A DNA stretch of 58,098 nucleotides, filler included, from Sphacelaria rigidula (Eukaryota): assembly GCA_964200075.2 (NCBI GenBank). It is 7 parts of 7 records of this genome, joined end to end, with 100 filler letters (N's around TTAATTAATTAA, not from the genome) between each part and the next. Parts side by side here need not be neighbours in the genome. Positions count along the whole stretch, not along the records: positions 16,630 to 24,843 come from CAXNAA020011892.1; positions 24,944 to 33,157 come from CAXNAA020011893.1; positions 33,258 to 41,471 come from CAXNAA020011894.1; 4 more parts are not named here. One strand, written 5' to 3'. Below are positions 23,817 through 33,330 of the stretch, piece by piece (within the stretch, counting starts at the first letter, position 1; every line of letters starts with the position of its first letter). Below the pieces are notes generated by a model that saw nothing but the letters and a program-made list of their open reading frames with translations, was not told the origin of the DNA and did not search any database. The position numbers and the translations under genes are program-made.

Positions 23817-24843
23817 TCACAAAGAAATACCACACTCCGACGCTAATTTACTGGTCAGCGCCCGAGTCAACCGCATTTTACGCAGTTCCTTCAAAACAAA
23901 TTCAAGCGCAGAAGAATGAATCTTGCGAAGAGACTCCCACGTACGTTCTTCAGCATCGAACCCTACCCAATCGACCAAAACAATAACATCACCATTGTCA
24001 TCCTCAACGACGTGTACCAACGGGTTCATCCAACATTCACCTTGAGCATACGAATGCTGGAATACACATTTTAGTTCCGCAGTGATGAGCAACTGTGAGT
24101 CAGCATAGAAACCTAAACGGGGGACATGGGCCAAGTGCACGGCGCTAGCGAAACGGCGCGGCGAAACAAGGTTCTGCACCGAATATATGTGAGCGTGATC
24201 GGCTCCGACCACTCACCACGGACCAGTCCACGTGGACATCAACTTGGGTGTCACATCTCGCCTCCGAACACGGGCGTACCAGACGAAATCTCCAAGTGAA
24301 AACTTGGGTAACACAGCCTGCCCCTGAGCAAGCGTGCGTTTGGTTTCGCGAGACACCGCGACAGCAGCTTGCACTTCGTTACGAAACCGCATTTGCTCGT
24401 AAACCACGCCTCGAACCTTGTCACGCAACGAATCAGCATCCATGACATCGACGTTCCACTCGCCGCCAATGACATAAGCCAGCGCGAAAAACGCTGTACG
24501 CGGCGCACGCCCAAACATCACACAATACGAAGTGTTACGGTAGCTTTCACGAAAAGAAGTATTCAACGCCCAATGAGGGGCTGGCAAAACACCAACCCAT
24601 TCAGACACCGGCCGTCTTTGTTAAAAAAAAATAGACCGCAACGCACGAACAACCTCCTTCACAATGCGTTCACAAGCACCATTCGACCAAGGGGTATACC
24701 CACCAGCAATTGGTGTTGCGCCTTCAGCGCATCACTCAGCTGCGCGATCACTCGATTCTTGAAGTGCGTGGCGGTATTACCAACCCACACACGCGGCACT
24801 CTCGAAGTCTTGCACCAATGGAGCAAGTGCTTAGCCGTAACCT
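23817..24843 (-). mobile_element. Decayed Ty3/Gypsy integrase C-terminus with GPY/F motif and chromodomain
   Basis: WALNTS..MFGRAP, FSLGDFV..KLMSTWTGPW*V, AHVPRLGFY, and chromodomain-like VLVDWVGFDAEERTWE. It has an in-frame stop and is cut by the contig end. Confidence 0.9.
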
Positions 24844-24943
24844 NNNNNNNNNNNNNNNNNNNNNNNNNNNNNNNNNNNNNNNNNNNNTTAATTAATTAAN
24901 NNNNNNNNNNNNNNNNNNNNNNNNNNNNNNNNNNNNNNNNNNN
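24844..24943. other. Artificial contig linker (junction 3)
   Basis: Same N44-TTAATTAATTAA-N44 structure. Confidence 0.97.
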
Positions 24944-25620
24944 TTTTGTTCTTTTCTTTTTTTGACGTTTTTATCCTTTTTCTTTGTTTCTACTTGGTCT
25001 TCTTTGTCTTTTTGTCCGTCCTTTTTTTTTTTTCTGTTCTTTTTATTACTCAGCGCGTGTTTGAGTTTCGTTTTTCTTGGTACGTCTATCATGAGACCAC
25101 GGGTGGACCCCTTGAGGGTCACTTATAGTGGGACATCAACCAACTAATCAATACTGTTGATCGTCTGATTAAGGAACAGATATCCATATCCGACAGCCCG
25201 ATCAGATGCTTTCTGGTTGATGAACTGTCACGTCGAGGAAATGCGGTCACATACCGAGATTGATGTGCTAAATCCAGAAGTACGTGCCGTACAGATTCGT
25301 AAGTGGACCGGCCCGGCCCGCACAGTAGTTCAGCAAATAAGATTCCAGTTCAGTAATGAACAGGGGAGGACCAACAGTTAATCGGGAATGATTACCGTAC
25401 TGCTGTAGTGCTCTGTAGTAATGCATATAAAGTGCGAAGTTTTTAAGGGTAGGTCGGGTAGGGTATGTAGTTTTGAGTACCCGGGTACTGGCGCGGCCTA
25501 TTTGCTGGTGGGGTATGCGAATAAGAGGGCAGGGGTCGCGAACGCCTCCCAAACCAAATCTACATTTTTTTTTTTTAAATACTGCACAAACAACACATCA
25601 GTCGTACTTCGGCTTTAGTT

Positions 25621-26499
25621 CCGTATGCGCGAATAAGGTTCAGCTTAATTTGGGGTTTTTGAGCTTCAACAGGCCTTTTCATCGCAAAGCATGTCATTAG
25701 CTTGATATGCTTGAAACGAGCTTAACCTGCTTGAAACGCGCATATAATGCGCATCAAACGCGCGTAAAGTTGCGATATTGTTTTGCGCCTCCCGCAGCCA
25801 GCTGCCCGCAAGTGCTCATGTGGCGTGACTCACCACCAGACAAACCGACAGGCTTCAGGCTTCAAAACTTCAAACTTTTATGGTCGTGTTTCGTGTTCCT
25901 ATTTTGTTGCGGGTCTGATCAGCAAAGTATTATATATTATCATCTTCATACATGGTACTACGTTGTTTTTAAAAATGTGACTGAGACTAGAACACTTGTA
26001 CAGCATACAACCGGTACCGGTAGTTCCACAAGATTTTTAATTTCGACTGGTTAGATGATGATGGGGGACAGAGGTGAAAGCTGGTAGCTTGCCAAAAGAG
26101 AGGCCAACGGCTGTAATGCCCCGTGTCCAGAGGCTACAATGCCCTACTGCTGTACCATGTATCATAAGTGTAGTGGCATTTATTTGCTGTCAACGTGCGT
26201 GGGTTAGGGGGTACGTGTGCAGGTTGTAGCCTTCAAACTCAATGGCTGGTGAAAAGCTTCATTTTTAAATTGAAAATAGGCGTCGAAACTTCTAATGTTC
26301 AACTCGTCGTCTTGCCCTCATGCGAGAAGGCGCGCCTCGTGAGGGAATACTGCCACAGCACTACAACGCAGACGGGAATAAGGCGCACAAAGCGCGCCTA
26401 ATTCACGCTAAAAAAGCTTGAATTGGGGCTTCAAAAATAAAAAATTGAAAATGAAGAGAATATGAGGAGCTCAATTTCAAGGAAAAATCGCGCACATGG
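25621..26499. mobile_element. Probable MITE with short TIRs CCGTATGCGCGA / TCGCGCACATGG
   Basis: Imperfect terminal inversion and recurrent GCTT(C/G)AA internal motifs. It abuts a 5'-trimmed SINE. Confidence 0.5.
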
Positions 26500-26501
26500 T
26501 T

Positions 26502-26858
26502 GCCCCGGTGGCTCAGCTGATAACATCGAAACCTTCTGACGATTAAGTCGTGGGTTCAAATCTCGCAGCGATGTTGGATTTTTTCTCACACCATGCCCAA
26601 CAGTGGAGAGCGACTATGTCGTAGGTACACGAAATTCGACTGAACGATCGACGAGGGAAAGGGACTGCTGGACCCCTCTCGCGACAAATAAAAAGGGGGG
26701 AAGCACCGCAAAAGGAAGGCGGGATAATAAAAAACAAAGAAAAAAGAAAAACCTCCTGTGTTGACCTTCCTCCTCTGTGACCCTGCCTGGTGCGCCCACA
26801 TACACCGAAAGATGTAGACCGGCGTCCAGAATAGATGGAATGACAACACACAACACAC
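26502..26858 (+). mobile_element. tRNA-derived SINE (same family as 6650-7017)
   Basis: Colinear homology over the whole length: A/B boxes, CCCAACAGTGGAG, CTGGTGCGCCCACAT, CCAGAATAGATGG and ACAC tail. Confidence 0.85.
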
Positions 26859-27103
26859 ATGCGGAACCAAAGCCTAGTCGTACTCCACGACAGCCCAAAG
26901 CAGGGCAACGACACTGTACACATATTATTGTAGGGTAGGATACTACAAACTGAGGCAGCGATGAGTTTTGTAGTCGACAGTAACGGGAATCAAAGCAGTG
27001 GACGATCGTGATGGCGGGAAGTAATACCATGACCATGGACGATCTGGGTGGTGACAAACGCGGTATCATTGCTGACAATGTGAGGGAGGCCGATCGATCT
27101 CAC

Positions 27104-27160
27104 AGTGGGGCAAGAACAGCCAATGCAGGGGCTGTAGGTGGCGGCGGTGCGGCGGCGACC
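27104..27160 (-). CDS. Candidate exon 3 of an unknown gene (VAAAPPPPTAPALAVLAP); internal or terminal
   Basis: Acceptor gttttcacggtctccag|. It ends either at donor |gtgaga or at the overlapping TGA stop. Its phase fits the exon at 29438-29549. Confidence 0.4.
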
Positions 27161-27574
27161 CTGGAGACCGTGAAAACAATCTTGGTGTTTTTGGTTTGCG
27201 GAGGCAATGCGTTCCTCAGGTTCACCTCAGTGTTTTTTTATTTGCTCGTTTTTTCCGTTGATAGAAGGGGGAAAGCTGTCACCCCTAGTTTCGTTGGGTT
27301 GTGTGTCAAGCCTTAACGTGTGCCCCTATCAACAGGACATGCGTGTTCCCGTTCGAGGTGCGCGAAAAATCAGGTGATTTGGGGGCCCTTTTTCGGGGGG
27401 GGGGGGGGGGGGGGGGGTTTGCCCGCGCCCAAGGGCGCCCCTTTGTCGACCCGTTGGGTTTTCCTGAGGTGTGGTGGTNNNNNNNNNNTGGTTTTGTCCC
27501 GTGGTGTGGCTGTGTGGGGGGTGGGGGGTGGTTGGGGGGGTGTTGGGTGTTTTGGGGGGGGGAGGGGGGGGGTG

Positions 27575-29430
27575 GTATCACAGCGACCAATCAGCGACCC
27601 TTTTCATCACATGTGATTTTCTCAAGAGTGATGATCATGTCCGATAAAAATCCGCCTTAATCACGGGAAGGGTACTGGATGATACGGTTGCTTTTGTGTA
27701 GAATACCAGTGTATACACACGGTTGTTCACGCGCATCACCCAGAGTTCACTCATCCGCAAACAGTGTTGCGCCAAGAGAAAAAACCCTTTTTTCGGAACA
27801 GAATTTGATCGCTTTTCCCTGTAGTGCGCACTCCTGCAGCCCACAGTACCATATAAAGCAACGTGGAACTCTTGACTGTGGTTCGCACAACATATGAGCA
27901 AAGTTTCAACGCCTCGCAGCGGCTACAGCGCGCGTAGGGCCGTGCGTCATGAACTGCGCGGCTCTACAGACTGTATGACGATCGGTACACTACAGATGGT
28001 CATGATCCACAGAGGGTCGCGGTACAGACCGGTGTCAGTTTCCTACCACATCGGCCGCCCAGCCACGCTAAACTTCCAAGTGTGTGCATCTGCGCGTGCA
28101 CATTCGCATTCGCCTGTAGTGCGCAAAGTCTGGGCTGCTGATGGCCGATTTGAGGGCGCATGGATGGCATTCCCCCAAATCGGTTGGGACCATGTTGTAC
28201 GGAAATCTCTGGCACAATCGCGCGGATGCTTCGAGCATATGCTGCCTGTCTTGTGCCCAACTAGTGTGCAAAGTTTTATGATAAAACACGCAGTCACAGG
28301 CGAGATATCCAAAACTTCAGTTGCACTGAAAAATGATGGTTTACCCTAGGAAAGTACTCAAATAAACACGAGATGCTGTTACACCCTGATCACGCCGCAT
28401 ATCAGATGCAGTTACGTAGTCTTACGGTACGGGTACTGTATGTAGACCGTACGTTGCATCAGCGTATTATGCTGTAGTTTATATAGTGGTCATGACGGAG
28501 CTTTCAAATTTCAAAGCCATCAGCTGCGCCGCCACACATGGATGCAAACAATCGTGCTGTTCTCCTTTGCTCCGAAAGCAATTGAGATGATTGTTTTTCA
28601 GGCGGATGGCACCCTCCATATACTACGCCCTAGTCGCGGTGATGCGATGAGACGCGTAGCGTGGTCGCCACCTATCGTCGTATAATGGGGCCCGCAAGGC
28701 ACCCGTACCGAGCAACACCACGCACACCACCGAACGCGGAACATAATCACGTTCTCAGCCTGCAACTTGTGCCGACGATCCCGCCTTGAACATAGCTTTT
28801 CAGATATGTCGTGTGTTGGGCCGTAGGTCGTCCCTCTGGAGCACCGGGCTCGTGTGAACTACACCTACTTTGCGGATGATCCCACCTGATCATTTATGTA
28901 ATGATTCTTATATGCGAAAATCGGCACACATTTGACTTACTTTTTCTCCTCTTGGTGCAACACTGCAAAACTTCACCCGGTTTTTGTAGTTAAATTGAAA
29001 ATTTGTACACATGTACCATGGATTACTGCGAAAATTTCGAAGGTCCTGCTCTACCGTTCTTGTTTTATTTTTTCACCGGTCATGAAGAGTCCCGGGGTCT
29101 CGGAGGATCACATGCTCTCCTGGCATCCCCAATAATCGGTGAGAAAAATCGGAAGACCTCAGTCTTTGAACGTTTTGTCATTGACCCATAACACACGTGT
29201 GCAAAGTTTCAGAGTCTGACTCCAGAAAATCACGGGAAATTTCTCGCGTTTGTGCGATGAAGTGAACTTGACCCATGGACAGCGACCCCCCCCGCAGGTG
29301 GACTGAGATGAACTATGCCACAATTGGGATTTAGAACAGCTCTTTTTTCGGTACACAAAACGCCTTTTTTCATGATCATGTGGATGCTGAGCATCGATAT
29401 GGAAAATAGTTTCGGAGAACCCCTGACGGG
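27575..29430. mobile_element. Non-autonomous element (host of 27762-28965), homologous in reverse orientation to ~37650-39060
   Basis: Shared blocks include CATCGCACAAACGCG and TCATCCGCAAAACTTCAC; a CGACCAATCAGCG motif lies near one end of each copy. Confidence 0.65.
27762..28965. mobile_element. 1.2-kb TIR element with 4-bp TSD (CAAA)
   Basis: TIRs are CAGTGTTGCGCCAAGA and TCTTGGTGCAACACTG. CAAA lies at 27758-27761 and 28966-28969. Confidence 0.88.
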
Positions 29431-29437
29431 TTTCGAC

Positions 29438-29549
29438 CGTGCAGTCAGTGCAGAGAAGTATGTGTGCGGTATATCTTCGCTGGATACAGCGGCAAGAAAC
29501 AGCCACCGTGCCATCGCTCTCCACTGAGCACATTTCACAGCTGATGCGT
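29438..29549 (-). CDS. Candidate exon 2 of an unknown gene (ASAVKCAQWRAMARWLFLAAVSSEDIPHTYFSALTA)
   Basis: Acceptor aagcag| and a weak donor |gtcgaa. Phase 1-2 fits both neighbouring candidate exons. Confidence 0.35.
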
Positions 29550-29707
29550 CTGCTTAGTGTTCCGCAACAACACTACAGACAGTGTCAAGCTATGTTGGCA
29601 ACACATGAGGCGTCGAACAGGCGGCACCGACCTCGAGCAGAGTACAAAACGTCATTTTGTGCCCATGTCATCTGTGGTTGAGTTGTCATGACCAACATGA
29701 GAAATAC

Positions 29708-29795
29708 CGTTAGACAGTGAAGAAATCCACCTGCGCTGCATCTGTAGGGGAACAACGCGCTCATCTTCATGGCCGTGGTTGGTCAGAATGTCCAT
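29708..29795 (-). CDS. Candidate first exon of an unknown gene (MDILTNHGHEDERVVPLQMQRRWISSLSN)
   Basis: ATG start and donor G|gtattt, phase 1. It points away from the decarboxylase gene. Confidence 0.35.
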
Positions 29796-30295
29796 TCCGC
29801 GCCTCTCGGGCCTTGTTCCTGGATGAGAATCCTCCGCGGGAAACTTTCAAACACACGTGGTTGACTTTTTGATTGCTCTGCTGACAGACTCCCCCCCCCC
29901 CCTCGAAACCTGGTCCGGCGAAACCCGGCGTGCTCCGTCCCGACTTTGTAGGGGTGGATCCCCGATGGGGTTGGTGTCGGTGGGCAACGACGCTGTAAAA
30001 CATGCCACTCACTGCGTCAGTTAGGCAACCAGGTTACCGGTTGTTTTGCGCGCTTGCGTTTTTTTGCGGTTACCATGATGATGGTCGAGCTAGATCATGT
30101 GCGACGTGGGAGAACCTCAAGTCCGCACCAAGGGGATGGTTGTACTACATGATGTTTAAATGGTGGTAAGACATCCATGAGGCAGTGCATACGCCATGGC
30201 TGTCTCTGGAAGTTGCGATACCAGAAAATAAAGCAACTCATCCTAGGCTGTCATCCAAACGCATGATAATCAGTACGTGTGGGGCCGAACAATCT

Positions 30296-30480
30296 TGGCA
30301 GGGTGCAGCTCACCCTTCGTGCGACTCGCCGAACACACCACGGTGTCGCGCTTGGTGATTGGTGGCGAGCCTGGTCCGTTGAAAACCCGGCGTGCTCCGT
30401 CCCGGCTTTGTAGGGATGCAAGGTCAATAGTCGAATGACTATGGCATGCATGATCATGAGTACACCCCCCCCTCGACCCT
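30296..30480 (+). repeat. Longest copy of the structured repeat family (extra 5' hairpins); partial copy at ~29903-29957
   Basis: CCTGGTCCG..AAACCCGGCGTGCTCCGTCCCG(G/A)CTTTGTAGGG is shared with 29903-29957. The 3' part aligns with the ~80-bp unit. Confidence 0.75.
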
Positions 30481-31293
30481 CCCCCCCCTCCCGTGCCCAC
30501 TGGAAACCCCTGAATGTCTTAGGACTGTCAGCCAGTGAACTATTCTGAGGCGACGCTCACAGTCTAAGAGTCGAAAGGCACAAGTCCCAACTTCTTTGGT
30601 TTTGGTCTCGGAACCGACTGTTCGAGTACAGTCAAGGCGACAACGACCCCATTGCATCAGTTTTTCGAGGTACACAACGAAACTTTGTACAAATATTCCT
30701 TGGACCACCCCGGGGCGCGTATTGTACATGTACTATTAATATTACTTTTGTGTGTGTTGAGGAGTTTTGTGCCGGCTTTCGGGAGTCTTGACGCCGAAGC
30801 CAGTACCGTGTATGCGACAACGAAGTAGGTATCGTATTGCGAAATGTATCTGCTGATTAGTGAAGTTTTGGTGATGGGCGTGAACAAACTGCATGCATAC
30901 GTACCGTAGAACAATTCGAGTGTGCACTTGATATTAATGGCATCGATTGCAAAATCCCTCAAGAGAAAATGTAGGCGCTGATGATTCCTTTTCTGTTTGG
31001 AAAATTAACCGCTAAAACCTCCGGTTGCGTATTGTGTGTCCATGTAGTGAATCCGCACCGTGTTTGCATCTGATGAATGGACTGCCAGACATGCGTCGGG
31101 GTAATTATCCAACAATGAGTTCTCAAAGCGTTACAGAAGAAACAAGGACAATTGTAGTACACACACACACAGCACAGCACAGCACAGCACAGCACAGGAC
31201 AGCACAAAGCACCTCCATTTATTTACTGAGGAACCTCGCCCTCTGTTCCTCCCCCTCGCCTAAACTCCGTTCTATCGCTCAACCTACCCACAG

Positions 31294-31575
31294 CATGAAC
31301 CTCACAACGGTCGACGCACCAGTACCGACAAAACCACAGACCGTGAAAGCAATCTTGACAGTGTTGCAGCGGTGCCGCCGGGGGCGGAGGCGGAGGCGGA
31401 GGCGGAGGCAACGACCGCGCTGTTCGAGTCTGAGGGCTGGGAAGGCGAGGCAGACGTGTTCGACTGGGAGCCGTTTCGTCTGTTGGGGCGGTCCATGGTG
31501 GATTACATTGCTAACTACTACAGGGGGGTTGAGTCTAGGCCCGTTCGCGCGCAGGTCGAGCCCGGCTATTTGAAG
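31294..31575 (+). CDS. AADC: Exon of a PLP-dependent aromatic-L-amino-acid (tyrosine/DOPA-type, group II) decarboxylase, N-terminal region
   Basis: FDWEPFRLLGRSMVDYIANYYRGVESRPVRAQVEPGYLK matches the conserved DDC/TYDC N-terminus (..EFR..G..MVDYIADY......RPV...V.PGYL). Acceptor cctacccacag| and donor AAG|gtgtgg; 282 nt, phase 0-0. I found no downstream exons before the contig end. Confidence 0.88.
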
Positions 31576-32046
31576 GTGTGGGTAAGCGGGTGGGTGGATG
31601 AGTGAGACCCCTTCCAGTGTCGTACATACGATACTTGTGAGTTTAATGTAGAACCCTGCTTGGATCTATCGGGGCGTGTTTCTTGATTGACTTGTAATTT
31701 TTTCATCGGGACTGGCTCGTTGTGTTCTTATTCCCCTTGCCTTCCCCTTTCTGTTTTTGTTCTTCTGTTATGTTTCATCTTTCATGTTTTCTCAGTGTAC
31801 AGTACTGTTAGAGGTGCGAGTCCCTCACAAACTATAAAAGGAAATAATTCAAGAAGTGTTCCGATTCTACCGGATGGAAAAATCGAGCAAGCCAGTCGGA
31901 TTCGAAGAAATTGTCCGGTCCGTCCGAGGCGAACCCCTGAGGGCCTTCTGCCCCCCTACCACACACACCGCCCTGCCGCATTGCTTATGGCCCTACTGCC
32001 TGTTCATCATTCATTTTTTTTCAGGTGAAAATTGTGCTGAAGCAAC

Positions 32047-32460
32047 AGATGACCCACCGTGGGGGTGACGGTAAAGATGGACGAAGCCCAACTAAAACGC
32101 TCAGTAGTGTACAATGTAGTACACGTCACACAGTGTTGTCTTCTCTCCCTCCCGCCCCCCCGCTGCGTTCCTTCCATTTGTCTATGGGCATCACCAAGGA
32201 TCAGATCACATATCCAGAGATGTGATTCTTCCCGCTGCCAGCTCCAAAATTGAGCCCTGTGACCGCCAGGGTGGGTCGCTCAGTAGTGTACAATGTAGTA
32301 CACGTCACACAGTGTTGTCTTCTCTCCCTCCCGCCCCCCCGCTGCGTTCCTTCCATTCGTCTATGGGCATCACCAAGGATCAGATCACATATCCAGAGAT
32401 GTGATTCTTCCCGCTGCCAGCTCCAAAATTGAGCCCTGTGACCGCCAGGGTGGGTCATCT
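32047..32460. mobile_element. MITE with TIR AGATGACCCACC.TGG containing a near-perfect 179-bp tandem duplication
   Basis: 32098-32276 and 32277-32455 differ at one position that I can see. A third terminus-like motif lies at ~32507. Confidence 0.8.
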
Positions 32461-32846
32461 AGGTCTTGCATTCATTTTTCAAGTGATAATTATGCCAATG
32501 TAACATATGACCCACCCTGGGGGTGACACTTGTTCCATGTCTTCCCAAGAAACAGAGCTGAAGCATTGTCGAATCGGATGGGTGCTGTACAGACGGTAGG
32601 GTGCACGTGGCGGTACCGATAGACTCAATACAACTAGCAAGCAGAAGAACACAATACAGTCAGCATGATGTTATTTGCTCCAGTACATACCACGCTCTCT
32701 ACCTTGGCTTTCCTGTGAGGCTGGGAACAAGCGGCAGCGGTTCTCTCATCATTATATGTCGGAGGGCATCATACTGGACATACGCACGCACCGGCACAGA
32801 GATACTCCGACACAGACACGTCCTCCGAGCTATCCCCCCCAACCCC

Positions 32847-33120
32847 CTCTCGAAAGGGATGCGTGGTCATTGCGTCAAACGACTAAGGCAAGCAACAAAT
32901 GAGTACGCCCCCGACCCCCTCTGTGCTTCGTCTCGAAAGTGATGCGTGGTCAATGCTCAAACGACTAAGGCAAGCAACAAATGAGTACGCCCCCGACCCC
33001 CTCTGTGCTCCGTCTCGAAAGTGATGCGTGGTCAATGCTCAAACGACTAAGGCAAGCAATATGTGAGCACACCCCCCCCAACCCCCTCTGGTCAATGCTC
33101 AAACGACCAAGACAAGCAAC
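32847..33120 (+). repeat. Tandem array (~3.5 units of ~82 bp) of the structured repeat family
   Basis: Repeated CTCGAAAG(G/T)GATGCGTGGTCA..CAAACGACTAAGGCAAGCAACAAATGAGTACGCCCC running to the contig end. Confidence 0.9.
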
Positions 33121-33157
33121 AAAAAACGACGCCACAACAAAAAAAACCAAACACAAA

Positions 33158-33257
33158 NNNNNNNNNNNNNNNNNNNNNNNNNNNNNNNNNNNNNNNNNNN
33201 NTTAATTAATTAANNNNNNNNNNNNNNNNNNNNNNNNNNNNNNNNNNNNNNNNNNNN
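33158..33257. other. Artificial contig linker (junction 4)
   Basis: Same N44-TTAATTAATTAA-N44 structure. Confidence 0.97.
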
Positions 33258-33330
33258 ACCAAGATTCGAACCCACGACCCAACCGTCAGAAGGTTTCGAA
33301 GTTACCAACTGAGCCACCGGGGCGACCGGC
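33258..33330 (-). mobile_element. 5' tRNA-like head of the SINE family, truncated by the contig edge
   Basis: Reverse complement reads GCCGGTCGCCCCGGTGGCTCAGTTGGTAACTTCGAAACCTTCTGACGGTTGGGTCGTGGGTTCGAATCTTGGT. Confidence 0.85.

Noticed and set aside
16151..29795. One long minus-strand gene joining the contig-4 and contig-2 exons
   Set aside because: It would cross two artificial linkers.
30366..30396. Resemblance of GAGCCTGGTCCGTTGAAAACCCGGCGT to the 3' half of a TPP riboswitch
   Set aside because: The upstream CUGAGA motif and downstream AGGGA are missing, and the sequence is part of a dispersed repeat.
32026..32068. Next decarboxylase exon after the tttttcag acceptor
   Set aside because: No frame resembles the expected LP..AP..PE continuation, and it overlaps a MITE terminus.
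32847..33120. CRISPR-like array (also considered for 1960-3060 and 32098-32455)
   Set aside because: Units repeat along their whole length with no unique spacers, there are no cas genes, and the context is eukaryotic.
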